In this document: piece by piece, positions 1 through 10,200 of the stretch | Numbering within the stretch: the first letter of the stretch is position 1 | Layout of the letters: the number at the start of each line of letters is the position of its first letter | NCBI GenBank assembly: GCA_905178155.1 | Contig: CAJINV010000001.1 | Span: 12,135,832-12,199,831, forward strand | Reading direction: 5' to 3' | Source of the DNA: Amoebophrya sp. A120 | Lineage: Eukaryota; Protista; Dinoflagellata | DNA length: 64,000 bases | Made by a program: the position numbers and the translations under genes | Notes under the pieces: generated by a model | Seen by the model: the letters and a program-made list of their open reading frames with translations, nothing else | The model's database searches: none | What the model was told of the DNA's origin: nothing

Positions 1-47
1 AGATGAACCAGACACATTTAAACGAGCACGACTTCTCTAATACAGGG

Positions 48-3000
48 ATGGCGCGAACAAGACGAAACGACGAACTGGATTCACTCATATCATCCCCCGG
101 TTATGAGACGACAGAATGTCCTTTGCTCTCCCTCCCCCCCTCATTTGATGTCATGCGAGTTTAAAAGTTGTGATGCAGATGAAGCTGCTACGAAACTCTT
201 GTGATGCTGTCTCAAAGACGGTGCCGTTCAAATCAGGGAAAGAGACTCACTTGTGCCCCCTCATACCCGTGGACGGTCGGACAAGAACGTGTTCGATGAG
301 CTACTGGAGCAGGACGAGGAGGAGAAGGACCGCGCCGCTGCCGCGGACGACGCGGAGAACGCAAAGTCGACCGCAAACAAAGAGGACGCCGGCTCGCAGG
401 CTACGAGCCCCTCCGCCGTCTCCTCCTCGCCGGCTGCCCCCTCGGCGCCGGCCGCACCGGCGCCCGTGCCCTACAAGGCCCTGGATCCGAGACTGAAGCC
501 CTACGCACTCGCGGCCGCGGGCGATCTGGCGGGGACCGGCGCCCCCGACAGCGACGACGAATTTGCCGTGAATAAAAGCCTATCAAATGCAAAAATGTAT
601 GGGTCTGGAGGAATGCAACCTGTGATGCTGCGTTTGGATTCCAAAAAAATCTGTATTGCATGAGCAGCAAATAAGGGAGTGCAATTTTTGCTACGGGAAG
701 AGGGCACTTGTTATGCGGAATAGGCATCAAGAAGCCCTCAAAAAATCTCTGATGCTAGGGCATGCATCACAGACGTCACGGCTCATTTAAAACTTGCATG
801 ACAAGTCTCAGAATCTTCCAGACCCAGACATTTTTGCAGTGCATAAAGCCCGAAGGAGCAGGCCCCCGACCAGCACTTCGAAGCGAGTCTGATCGTCCGC
901 GATAGGGCGATCGCGGCGGGGCACTACCTAAACGTGACCGGGGAGAAGGGGTTCATCACCCTCCCGCCCGCCTTCCAGGGCCGTCCGCTCGACTTTGTCG
1001 CGGAAACCATCCCCGACACGACGCGAGCGAAGTCCGCGGTGGAGGTGCAGCGACTCGGGCCCGGCAGAGACAATTTGAAGGACGTAAAGATCCGGAAAAT
1101 GTTTGATCCGTTGTTCTCCTCTCTCCGGCCGCGCTCCATGATGCCAAAACCGTACCGCCTCTTCTACCAGCAGCCGCAAGTGCCGGAAGAAGAGCTGGAA
1201 GCCACGATATCCTCGCCGTTGCGCACCAGAACTTCTTCCGGAGGTGTTGGCGGGGGACCAGCAGCAGCCCCCGGTGCAGCTGCCAGCAAGCTGTCCCCGT
1301 TTTCAACATCTTCGCCGTTCGGCAGTCGGCGCGCCACGAGGAATTCAATTTCCGTGAGCGGCGCCGGCCCCGCGGCCGCAGACAAAAATACAACTCCCGC
1401 GGGGAAGTTTATCGACCGAAAAGACGCCAAAGGGTATTTGGACACCCCGCAAAGCGCGTACGCCCCGGGCGCCGCGGTGCACTTTGAGAAGACGCCGCAA
1501 AACTTGCAGCGGTTCGCGCTGCGCCGCACCGACATCGTGAGTGGCACGCCGGATGCGGAGCTGGTGCAGACCTTCGGCCCCGACGTCGTCCCGGAGGTCT
1601 TTCCCTACTCGCGGAAACTCGTGTCGGTGTCCGAGTCGCTGAAGACCAGCTACGGCCGTCCGCCGGAGCACATCAAGATGCAAAGCAGCTTGGACGTGGA
1701 GCTGCAGGAGCCGCGGCCCTTCGTACCACAACATACGGTCATCACGGACGAAAATCGGTACGAAAACGACGGTATGCATGGCAAAAGTATCGTACTAGTA
1801 TAAATCGCATTACAAATTTGCTCAGCATGAGAAATGCAATTTTTCATGCTGTTTTACCTTGGAACGGAAATTTGTAATGCATGACTGCGATTACTACCAG
1901 TACGATACTTTTGCACAGGACAGACGGCGAGGACCCGAACGCGGTGAAAAAGGCGAAGCCCTACTACTACCAGCAGCTGCAGTATGGGAGTGTCAGGATC
2001 GAAATCGACAAAATCGAAAAACTTGCAATGCATAAAATGTAGGGCACGTAAGGCCTGCGTTGGGGAGAAGGCAAATGAGACCGATTGCAAGCCTGTTTAG
2101 GGGAAGAAGACGCGTTGCCAGAGCAGCATGACAGGAGCAGCCTTTTTTGCCCAAACAGCATGACAGACTGGATTTTGCAGCTCCCGAAATTTGTGATGCG
2201 CCAGCTGAAAACTGAGGGCCCAACTGGTATCGATTTTATGCATCACAATTTTTTCGATTTTGTTGATTTCGATCCTGACGCTTCCATATGCAGAGGACAG
2301 CGAGTACCGACCTGACGTACCCGATCAACGTCTTCCAAGACCTCGACGGCGCGAAGTTCTACCTGCGTGGGGACAAGAAGGAGCGGAAGAACGAAGTAAA
2401 CTGGTCCGCCTTCGACGCGGCCATCGAGTGGAACCAGGACACGAGGTTGAACGTGTTTCAGCAGAACCTGTGGCGGCCGATCACTTTCCCCTGGTATCGG
2501 GCGGGAGTCGACGAGCGCGGCCTGCGCGTCCGAGTTGCTTTTTCCTTGTCCGTGCCGACGAAAAAGGCCGAGCGGGCAGCTTCGTGGGAAATCAAGTTGG
2601 TGGCGGCAGGCGGTGGAGCAGCAGCACAGGCCGGTACTTTTTGCTCGTATTCCTCAGGGTGTTCTTCTTTTTCATCGAAGTCATCCAATTATGTAGTCGC
2701 TGATCTTCGTACCACACGATAGATACGACTTTGTCACATGATATCTTGTGCTTTTCCTATGTTGTTGCTACTCAATTCAGTCTCGAACGAGGGTCCTCCC
2801 GATCCCGATGCTGACCCTTTCGCCGGTCTCCTGCTGTTTCTGAAAGTCAGCGACGTGGACAAAAAGATCGTGGTCAACGACGAGGAGTACGGTGGTGACG
2901 AAATCAAACAGCTCGTTGACGGCGATCGGGGCTACCAAATCTTTTTCCGCTACAGTTCAAGCGAAAGGGAAACCTGGGACATCGTGTTTCACAGCCCCGG

Positions 3001-3728
3001 GATACCGCTCTTCACGGTCCGAACGCCGGTGCTGGGTAGTGGTCCCGAGCCCGCTGTGCTGGACTACATCACGTGCAGTGTCAGCACTGGCGTGAGCGCT
3101 TTCCTGACACCGTACACGCTGCCCCTGTTCTATGAAGCGTTCGACAGCGGCGGCGCGCTCATGCTCGGTACAACATTAACATTTTTTTCTTTTTGCACCG
3201 CACTGCGGACCGCTTGATTTCTTGATGTTGATTCTTCGCTGCACACAGCTCCTTCATCGGGCATTCATTCCATCCTTTTTCACTGAAGCTTTACTGTTTA
3301 GTTTTTCTCGTCACATCACACCAGCCCACGGCAAGGGTACGCTATCGAGCGCGAAGGATCTGACTCGGCGGAGAAAGATTATGAGTGAGCTTTCGAAGAA
3401 AGTCCGTACCAAAGACGAGGAGTACCTGTTCATAACCTGCCGTGTGTGCGGCTGGAAGCAGCGGCAAAACCTCAGCCAGGATATTCAGCGGTGCAAGCGG
3501 TGCGGCAAGAGCAACCCCACAACCTACCCCTCCATTGTGCGCGTCATGGAGCGGATGCGCGAAAACAATGATCCGGATGCCGAGGATTTTGTGCACTATT
3601 GCGAGAATCAGGCTCCGCCCCAGGACACGCGGTCTTGGCCGACGCGGAAATTTCAGTCAACGAACGACCACAAAGCCGGAAAAAAGAAAGCGGACTTTGA
3701 CGTGGCACTGCTCGGGTTTCAGGAGTAG
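48..3728 (+). CDS. Multi-exon hypothetical protein with a C-terminal CxxC...CxxC zinc-ribbon-like motif
   Basis: Exons 48-101, 271-580, 851-1772, 1928-1982, 2294-2633, 2781-3167 and 3325-3728 join in one open frame. This needs removal of four TIR elements (each plus one TSD) and GT-AG introns 2634-2780 and 3168-3324. The C-terminus has CRVC...CKRC. ATG 48 may not be the true start. Confidence 0.75.
102..265. mobile_element. Introner-like non-canonical intron, family F (164 bp, degenerate TIR)
   Basis: Ends tatgagacgacagaatg... and ...cacttgtgccccctcata. TSD is ccggt (97-101) / cccgt (266-270). Internal tgtgatgc/tgtcatgc motifs. Removal joins ...SSPG to GRSDKN in frame. Confidence 0.7.
581..845. 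mobile_element. Introner-like non-canonical intron, family A (265 bp)
   Basis: TIR tatcaaatgcaaaaatgtatgggtctgga / tccagacccagacatttttgcagtgcata. TSD aagcc at 576-580 and 846-850. Removing 270 nt joins ORF 253 to ORF 934 (NKSPKEQ). Confidence 0.92.
1773..1922. mobile_element. Introner-like non-canonical intron, family B (150 bp)
   Basis: TIR tatgcatggcaaaagtatcgtactagta / taccagtacgatacttttgcacaggaca. TSD gacgg at 1768-1772 and 1923-1927. Removal gives NDGEDPN in frame. Confidence 0.92.
1983..2288. mobile_element. Introner-like non-canonical intron, family C (306 bp, ~55-bp TIR)
   Basis: TIR tatgggagtgtcaggatcgaaatcgacaaaatcgaaaaa / ttttcgattttgttgatttcgatcctgacgcttccata. TSD tgcag at 1978-1982 and 2289-2293. 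Removal gives QLQRTAST in frame. Confidence 0.92.
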
Positions 3729-4425
3729 TAAAGACATGGCGTGGACGAGGTCCGTCGTGCTCTGCTGTTGCTGGTCGCCGGGGGTCGTTCTTGTTGATAT
3801 ATGCTCTGGACGCGTTCTTGCGGCACTTGTGTGATCATTTCGCAGCAGCGCAACTGCTGGAGATGAATAGATGCTTGCTCATGCCCGAGCGCAGTGACAC
3901 AAGAACATACACGCCGCGTGCAAAATTGCCGCTGATACTTCTTTCATCATGTTCTTGACTAGTCACGTGGAAAAGAACGAACGCACGACATTCTCAGATC
4001 TGATTAGACATTTCTTTTTCTTTCTTGGATCCAGGACCAAACACCACTGCTGTCAAGCAGATGAAATGATCTCGCAGATCCAACAATCGAATGCTTCAAA
4101 GGACTACCTCGACACGTGTACACATGATCGTATCTCGATTTGCCGAAGAGCAAGATCATTCGAGAAGCGAGTATTTCCGCGGCTAGACAGAAATGGGACC
4201 AAGATCAAGATGATCCAAAGTACCTTGAGGGCGTGGAAGATCACACGCAGCGTTCATGAATTCCTGGTATGCCCGTCCGCGAAACATTTCCTACATGATT
4301 GTGACCCATTTTTTCAGGAATCAATCGACGACCTGAGTCCTCCTTATGAATGTATGAAGGTTCGAAAAATTTGTACTAGTGTTGAGTATAGCAAGCGATC
4401 TGGTAGTCAAAGTTCGGCGAGAAAG

Positions 4426-6681
4426 ATGGCCGCATCCCTGCAGCATGACGAGAACAGCAGCACGAACGCTGAACACGAGCACGTCGAGAAGTCATGTACG
4501 CCGCTCGATGTGCGGGTGTTTTCGAAGCGCACCCTGGGAACGAAGCTGTTTTTCATCGACGCCATCGCAGTGTTGCCGGGGGAGACGGATCCCTGCGTAG
4601 TCGAGTTGTGCATCGCCGGAAATTTGGAGGCGACAAAAGATCAAGAAGAAAGGAGAGCGAAAACACCGGATGTTCATGTTCTGTCTCCCAAAGCGACAAA
4701 TGAAAGCAAATCAACAAAAGTGCAGAAGAACGAGCCGCATCAGCACGAGAACAAAAGGCAGACCGGGGCAGACATTCGGGTTGGGGACGTTCTGCGCCTC
4801 TTGAACTACGACACCGAGTCCGCCCTTCCGCGACCACCGCGAAGAGCGATCCTGAACGTCAGCGCCTTTCGCTTCCAGGAAGCTTGGCACGACTATTTCA
4901 ACGCGTTTCCCTTTCACCCGCCGATATGGTTTGCGCCGGAAAAGCAAAACCAAAACGCGAAACGGAAGAAGTCCGCGAGCGGAAAGAGAATGACAACATG
5001 TGAGGAAGATGGAAGTAATGCGCATCTGGATGGTTGTTCCGCTGCCGGCCCAGCTTCTGCGGAACATGAAAACAAACAAGACCAAGACCCTGATATCGCG
5101 TCGTCCACCGCTGGTGCTCGCGCCCATCAGCTTCCGGCGTACCGACAACCCGCACTGATTCTCCAGTGCCACCTGCCGCAAGCCGAGCGCGTGGCGGCGT
5201 ACTTTGGGGGAATCGTGGCTTCCAATTGCACTAAGGATCGCTTGGTGTACGTATTTGACGATGAAGATGTGCAGCGAAGCCCTTTCAAAACGGCGCTTTT
5301 GCGGTTAAGAAAAAACAACTTCGCCAAGGTGCAAAAACAACACGAACTCGAGGTACCTACCTTCTTCAATAGTGTGGTGCATCGCGTTTACTTCGTCAAC
5401 GACAATGCTCCGGTCTTCGTTTCGGAGGCAGATGCGTTTGATTATCTGCACCGCGTTCGCGGTCTGGGGACGGAAGACCCACGACAGCAGAGCCGCAAGA
5501 CGCTGTGCTTTCCGCGGGAAATGGAAACGAAGCTGTTTGAAAAACGCTTGGGAGAATGGGAACTCAAACAGGCTTCTCAGGCTGCGAGAGATGAGATGAG
5601 CACCAGATTAGAAGCGGACGAGGGGTCTACAACTTCATCTCCGCTTCCAAATAAACCTGCTTCCTCGACTCACGATCTTTGCGACACGGTATGCTATGCG
5701 GACGGTCTGTACTTTCTCGGCCTGAACGTTCCGCGGCTATTGATTCCTGAGCGGGCGAAAAACAGCGTACCGTCCGCGGCGTACTGGAAGCTTTTGGAAA
5801 TCCGCGACCGTTACCTAGTTCCAAGGAACTGCGCCGACAAGTTTACCAACCGCGATCTCGCAATTGATCTCGGCGCGAGCCCCGGCGGCTGGAGCTACTG
5901 CCTGGCCGAAGAGTTTGGCATCAAGCGGGTGCTTGCAGTGGACCCCGCTGCGCACATGCACAAGCTGGTGAGAGACAGACTTGTTACGGGACATGGAGGC
6001 AAAAACGAGATGGAGGAGCCGGTCACGACTTCCAAAAAAGAAAAAAACGCGGACAAGGACGATTCGTGTGAGCAGGACCAACTTGATGATAAAAACAATG
6101 TTCATCGACCTGATCTTCCCGACGGTGAACCAGGAGGATCCACACAACAGGCTGGGAGAGGAAGAACAATACCGCCACCGTCAGCAGATATTGAACCAGC
6201 TGCAGCCAGTTCCTGTGCACTTGCGACCCCGCGTCGTCCGACAAGTCCACCACGTCGGGTCATCGAGCACTGGCAAATGCGGTCGGATGCAGCCATTCCG
6301 AAACTGGCAGAGGAAATTATCCAAATCTCCGCCGATGAAGATCCGAGAAAAGTAGCGGTCTTTGTTTGCGACATGAACGATGAGCCGGAACAAAATGTGG
6401 GCCAATTCGAAATGTGCTTCCAGAAAAGGGATAGTGAGGAAAACGGAAACAATAAAGTCAATCTCCAACAAGAGCATATCTTTGACACCCGCAGCGACGG
6501 AAGCCGGGCGTGCCTCGTAGTGATCACGATGAAGAATGTGTACCGCAGCAAGGGCGAATTTGCGACGAAAGTTGCGGTTTGCAGAAAAATTCTGGAGGGG
6601 CTGGGCGTTAGGGACCTAGAGGAAATCCACCTCTTTGCGAACACGCGACTCGAGACCACCCTGGTGGGGCAGTTGGTGTAG
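4426..6681 (+). CDS. FtsJ/RlmM-like RNA 2'-O-methyltransferase with a probable N-terminal OB-fold
   Basis: Motifs SAAYWKLLEI, AIDLGASPGGW, VLAVDPA, FVCDMN, VITMK and HLFANTRLETT give the FtsJ-type K-D-K-E tetrad. Intronless. The ORF is open from 3949, but ATG 4426 (MAASLQ) is the more plausible start. Confidence 0.8.
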   Translation: MAASLQHDENSSTNAEHEHVEKSCTPLDVRVFSKRTLGTKLFFIDAIAVLPGETDPCVVELCIAGNLEATKDQEERRAKTPDVHVLSPKATNESKSTKVQKNEPHQHENKRQTGADIRVGDVLRLLNYDTESALPRPPRRAILNVSAFRFQEAWHDYFNAFPFHPPIWFAPEKQNQNAKRKKSASGKRMTTCEEDGSNAHLDGCSAAGPASAEHENKQDQDPDIASSTAGARAHQLPAYRQPALILQCHLPQAERVAAYFGGIVASNCTKDRLVYVFDDEDVQRSPFKTALLRLRKNNFAKVQKQHELEVPTFFNSVVHRVYFVNDNAPVFVSEADAFDYLHRVRGLGTEDPRQQSRKTLCFPREMETKLFEKRLGEWELKQASQAARDEMSTRLEADEGSTTSSPLPNKPASSTHDLCDTVCYADGLYFLGLNVPRLLIPERAKNSVPSAAYWKLLEIRDRYLVPRNCADKFTNRDLAIDLGASPGGWSYCLAEEFGIKRVLAVDPAAHMHKLVRDRLVTGHGGKNEMEEPVTTSKKEKNADKDDSCEQDQLDDKNNVHRPDLPDGEPGGSTQQAGRGRTIPPPSADIEPAAASSCALATPRRPTSPPRRVIEHWQMRSDAAIPKLAEEIIQISADEDPRKVAVFVCDMNDEPEQNVGQFEMCFQKRDSEENGNNKVNLQQEHIFDTRSDGSRACLVVITMKNVYRSKGEFATKVAVCRKILEGLGVRDLEEIHLFANTRLETTLVGQLV

Positions 6682-7058
6682 CAGACCACTTGTGTCATCA
6701 AACAAGTATCCTCCTGGTGTCATGCACCGAAAACCTGCGAAAAGTTCAAGTTGTCACAATAAGCGATCATAGGTCTTGGAGTTTATTTGTTCAGGAAGAA
6801 GAGCAGCAACGTCGCGCTACTTCAACTTCATCAAATGAAAGATGAAGCACTTGTAGTTTCAACTTGTTCATCTTGATGTGCTACCCGTCTTGGTGGCCTA
6901 TTCCACTTCTTCTGTGTCTTGGACGAGTGCTTTGCGGCATCGTTTCTGTCGAGTGAAACTCTCTCCATGAGTGTCGTATCATGTTTTTTTTCAGCTAGAA
7001 GTACTAGAGTGAGGCAGTAGAAGCAATTCAGTACAAGAAGGTTGGAGATATTCTATTA

Positions 7059-7129
7059 GACGGCCGTGAGCGATTCACCTCGACGGCCATGAGCGACAGT
7101 GACTGGGTGACGGCCATGAGCGATTCACC
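7059..7129. repeat. Three imperfect direct copies of gacggcc(a/g)tgagcga(ttcacc)
   Basis: Copies start at 7059, 7082 and 7109, about 140 bp upstream of ATG 7269. Confidence 0.85.
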
Positions 7130-7268
7130 CCTTCAAAACTTCAAAACTAGGCTTACGCTATCAACTACCAGTAATGCAGAGCCATGCAGCATTTTATCCA
7201 GCGCGCATGGACCGCGGAGTCATCTTCGTAAATGTCTGTCACCGTCTACTCCATAGCTGTTTGAAAAT

Positions 7269-10200
7269 ATGTTGCTGAAAAGAATCGCATTCATCGCAGT
7301 TCATTTCGTCCCACGGCACCTTGTTAAGTTCGTCACGGGACGAGTCGGAGGCGGCGCGAAAAAGAGTTCCAGTTCACGAGAAACTCCTGATTCCTCAGTT
7401 GGGCCGCAGGCCGAGCTGGAAGACGATACACAAGAAGACTTACAGAATCAAGACCCCGCACCACCTGATCCACCTGATGACCCTGCGCTCTCGTGGCTGT
7501 CGTTTGTTGCGTCAATTGATTCCAGTGCGGACCTCGACCCTCCAGTAGACAAGGAAGACCCCCATGGTGCGCAAGACCCGCTCGTAAAACATGACCACGA
7601 CCGCGTAGATCCGCACGTTGAAGTACTGGATGAGAGACCCCCTAGGCTTCGTGGGACCTCCAAAATCCGAAGGCGTGACGTGGAGGTGCCACAAGAAAAG
7701 GTGGATCTCATTTCAAATAGAACATCGACGTTCCTCGAACAGCGCGAAGACGACGCCGACACAAATTTTGCCGCCGATGTTCATCTTGAGCCACCGTCAA
7801 GCGATGCAACTAATGCAACTTTAGCTGCCGCGAGAAAGACAAAGAAAAGAGACCATAGCAGCCCTGCCGCTGGTGCTACTACAAGTGCTAGTCCAGAGCA
7901 AGGAGACGCCGAGGATGAGGACTACAAAAATATTATTGATAACGCAGAGGATGAGGACATCTCGACTTTTCTGCACATCAACACGAATACCGGCACTTCG
8001 AAATCGAGGCTCGGCGGTTTTTTCAACAGCATCGCCAGCGCTTTCCGCACGAAAGCGGGACTACGCGCCGAACTCGATGCCGAAATGGAGGAGGGTCGGA
8101 GGCGCATTGCGGCACTGCAGTCTCTCAGCAACGACACTCTGCAGACGCACGCGCAGCTGCTGCTGGCTGCCCACGCGGAGGACAGCGCGGCAGATAAGGA
8201 TGGCATGAGCGCACAGTTGTCTTCCGCCAGCAAGATGCTTCCGGAGCTGCTGCCGCCACTGCTCGCGATGAGCAGACTGACGGAGGCGCTCAAAGAGCAA
8301 AACCAAGGGCAGGGGACAAATCAGTTGAGCAGAGATGAAAATGAACACGACGGCGCATCTTCTCCGTCTTCTAAAAAAGATGTTGGAACCCCCACCACCA
8401 CATCAGCTGCCCCAGGTGACGAAAATAAGGAAGCGGCAACTGCAACAAAGCAGAACGAGGCGGTCGTTGCGGACGGAGGTGGGACAAGAAGGGAGGCGGT
8501 CGGCGATGGCGGAAAGAACGACGGGGACGCCCTCCACCGGGACGGGGATCCTGCAGTTGATGAACCCGAAACTCAAGCTGCGATTGCGAAACAGGACGCC
8601 GTGGAAGACCGGCAGATGGAAGAGATGCAAGAGAAGTGGAGGAGCGGGCAACTGGGGAAGAGCGAGCTGCAGAAGCTCGCTGACCAAGAGGGCTTTCTGC
8701 TGGAGCTCGCACGCAAAGTGTTGCAGGACTACGCCGCAGCTTTGGACGCGATCGACGCCACTCTTCGCGGAGCAGAGGAAAGCGCTACTGCTACAAAAAC
8801 TTCGGGTCCTGAAGGTGCTCTCGATGAGTCTAGCTCCGCGACCCAAGAGCAGCTGTCCTCCTCTTCATCATCTACGCCCGCAGCATCAACGGTCCCCCGA
8901 AGTGGTGGCGACCCGGACAAGTCGGTGGTGCGACATTGGATGAGGGGCATGAAGATGATGAACGACGGGCTTCAGCGCCTGTGGGAGGCCGGATCCGAGG
9001 ACTCCGCGTTGGTAGAGCCTGGCGACAAAAGTGTGATGGAAAGGAAGATAAACGGGTTTGCCCTCTGCCTCAAGGCCGAACTGCTGCTTGGCACGCCCGG
9101 TCTGCGACTTCCCGGCCGAACCGAGGACAAAAAAAACGCACCCCCGCCGGGGATGTTAGATTTTTCTGTTCTCGGAAACGGCCTACTGAACACGTTGGTC
9201 GCCGACATTGAACGCGCGCGCAAGAGCCAACAGGACGATTCCTGCACGGCCGATGGGCGTCCGAGAACGAGCGTGGTAGTTCCCGGGTTTCTGGAGCTGC
9301 TTGGACTGTCCTTCTCCGACGAACAGGACCCGTTCGTCGTAACATCGATAACGCCCAAATCGGTCGCCGCCGAGAGCGGGGTGCGGACGGGCGACCGTCT
9401 CGTGGCTCTGCTGCGTCCGGGCGTGCAGAACCCGGATGAGAAAACGATAGTTGTGAACGGCAGCAGTGGGGAGGTGGAAGAAGATGAAGTTCCGATCGAC
9501 CAGGTGCTGGAAAGAATTCCGTGGGTCGCAAACAACCCGGACAATGTTTTGTCCTCCACGTCGGTCGTCTCTACTTCATCTGTGGGGGGCGCGCCAGAGC
9601 AAGTTTTGGAAAGAACATCGAGTAGCTTTTTTCAGGAAGACGAAGCAGGAGGTACTGGCGGTGTAGAAAGAAATCCGGATGGAGATGATAGTACAACAAC
9701 TGCGGCTCAGGCAACGGCGGTCGAAGAGTCCTCGAACCCCATATCCTCGCCCGCCACCAAGAACAAGCGCAGGCGTAGAAGGACGAAAAGAAAAACTTTC
9801 ACAACCGCACATCTTTCGGCGTTCCTGCGGGGTGTTGCAGACAAAGGGCCAGCAGCACCTCCTTCTTCTTTTCTTGACGATGGTGTCGAAACGACCACCA
9901 GCAGCAAGGACCTGCTTGCTTCGACGGAATTCCGCAAGTCTGCTCTCGAGAAGATTTTCAACGAGTTTCTGCTGCCGCGAAACTACGACCTCGTCTTCAA
10001 GTCGGAAAAGACAGCAGCACAAATTGCGTCGGCACGCCGCCTGCGTCTCGACCGCCTTCCCTCGCGCCTGGCCGCCACTGCCGCTGGCAAACTAATCGTC
10101 GACCCGGTCACGAAACAGGTGATATCAAAAACAGGCCAGACCACCGGCACCAACTCCGACAACGGAGGGGCTTCATCTTTCGTTGGAAACGAAATTCCGC

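Noticed and set aside
581-2288. Pseudogene, frameshift or stop-codon readthrough explanation for the broken ORFs
   Set aside because: Every break coincides with a TIR/TSD element or a GT-AG intron whose removal restores the frame, so no recoding is needed.
3949-4425. 159-aa N-terminal extension of the methyltransferase ORF
   Set aside because: The composition looks like UTR or intergenic DNA, and coding-like sequence begins near ATG 4426. It cannot be fully excluded.
7059-7129. CRISPR-like repeat-spacer array
   Set aside because: Only three short unequal copies with spacers of a few bases, no cas genes, and a eukaryotic context.
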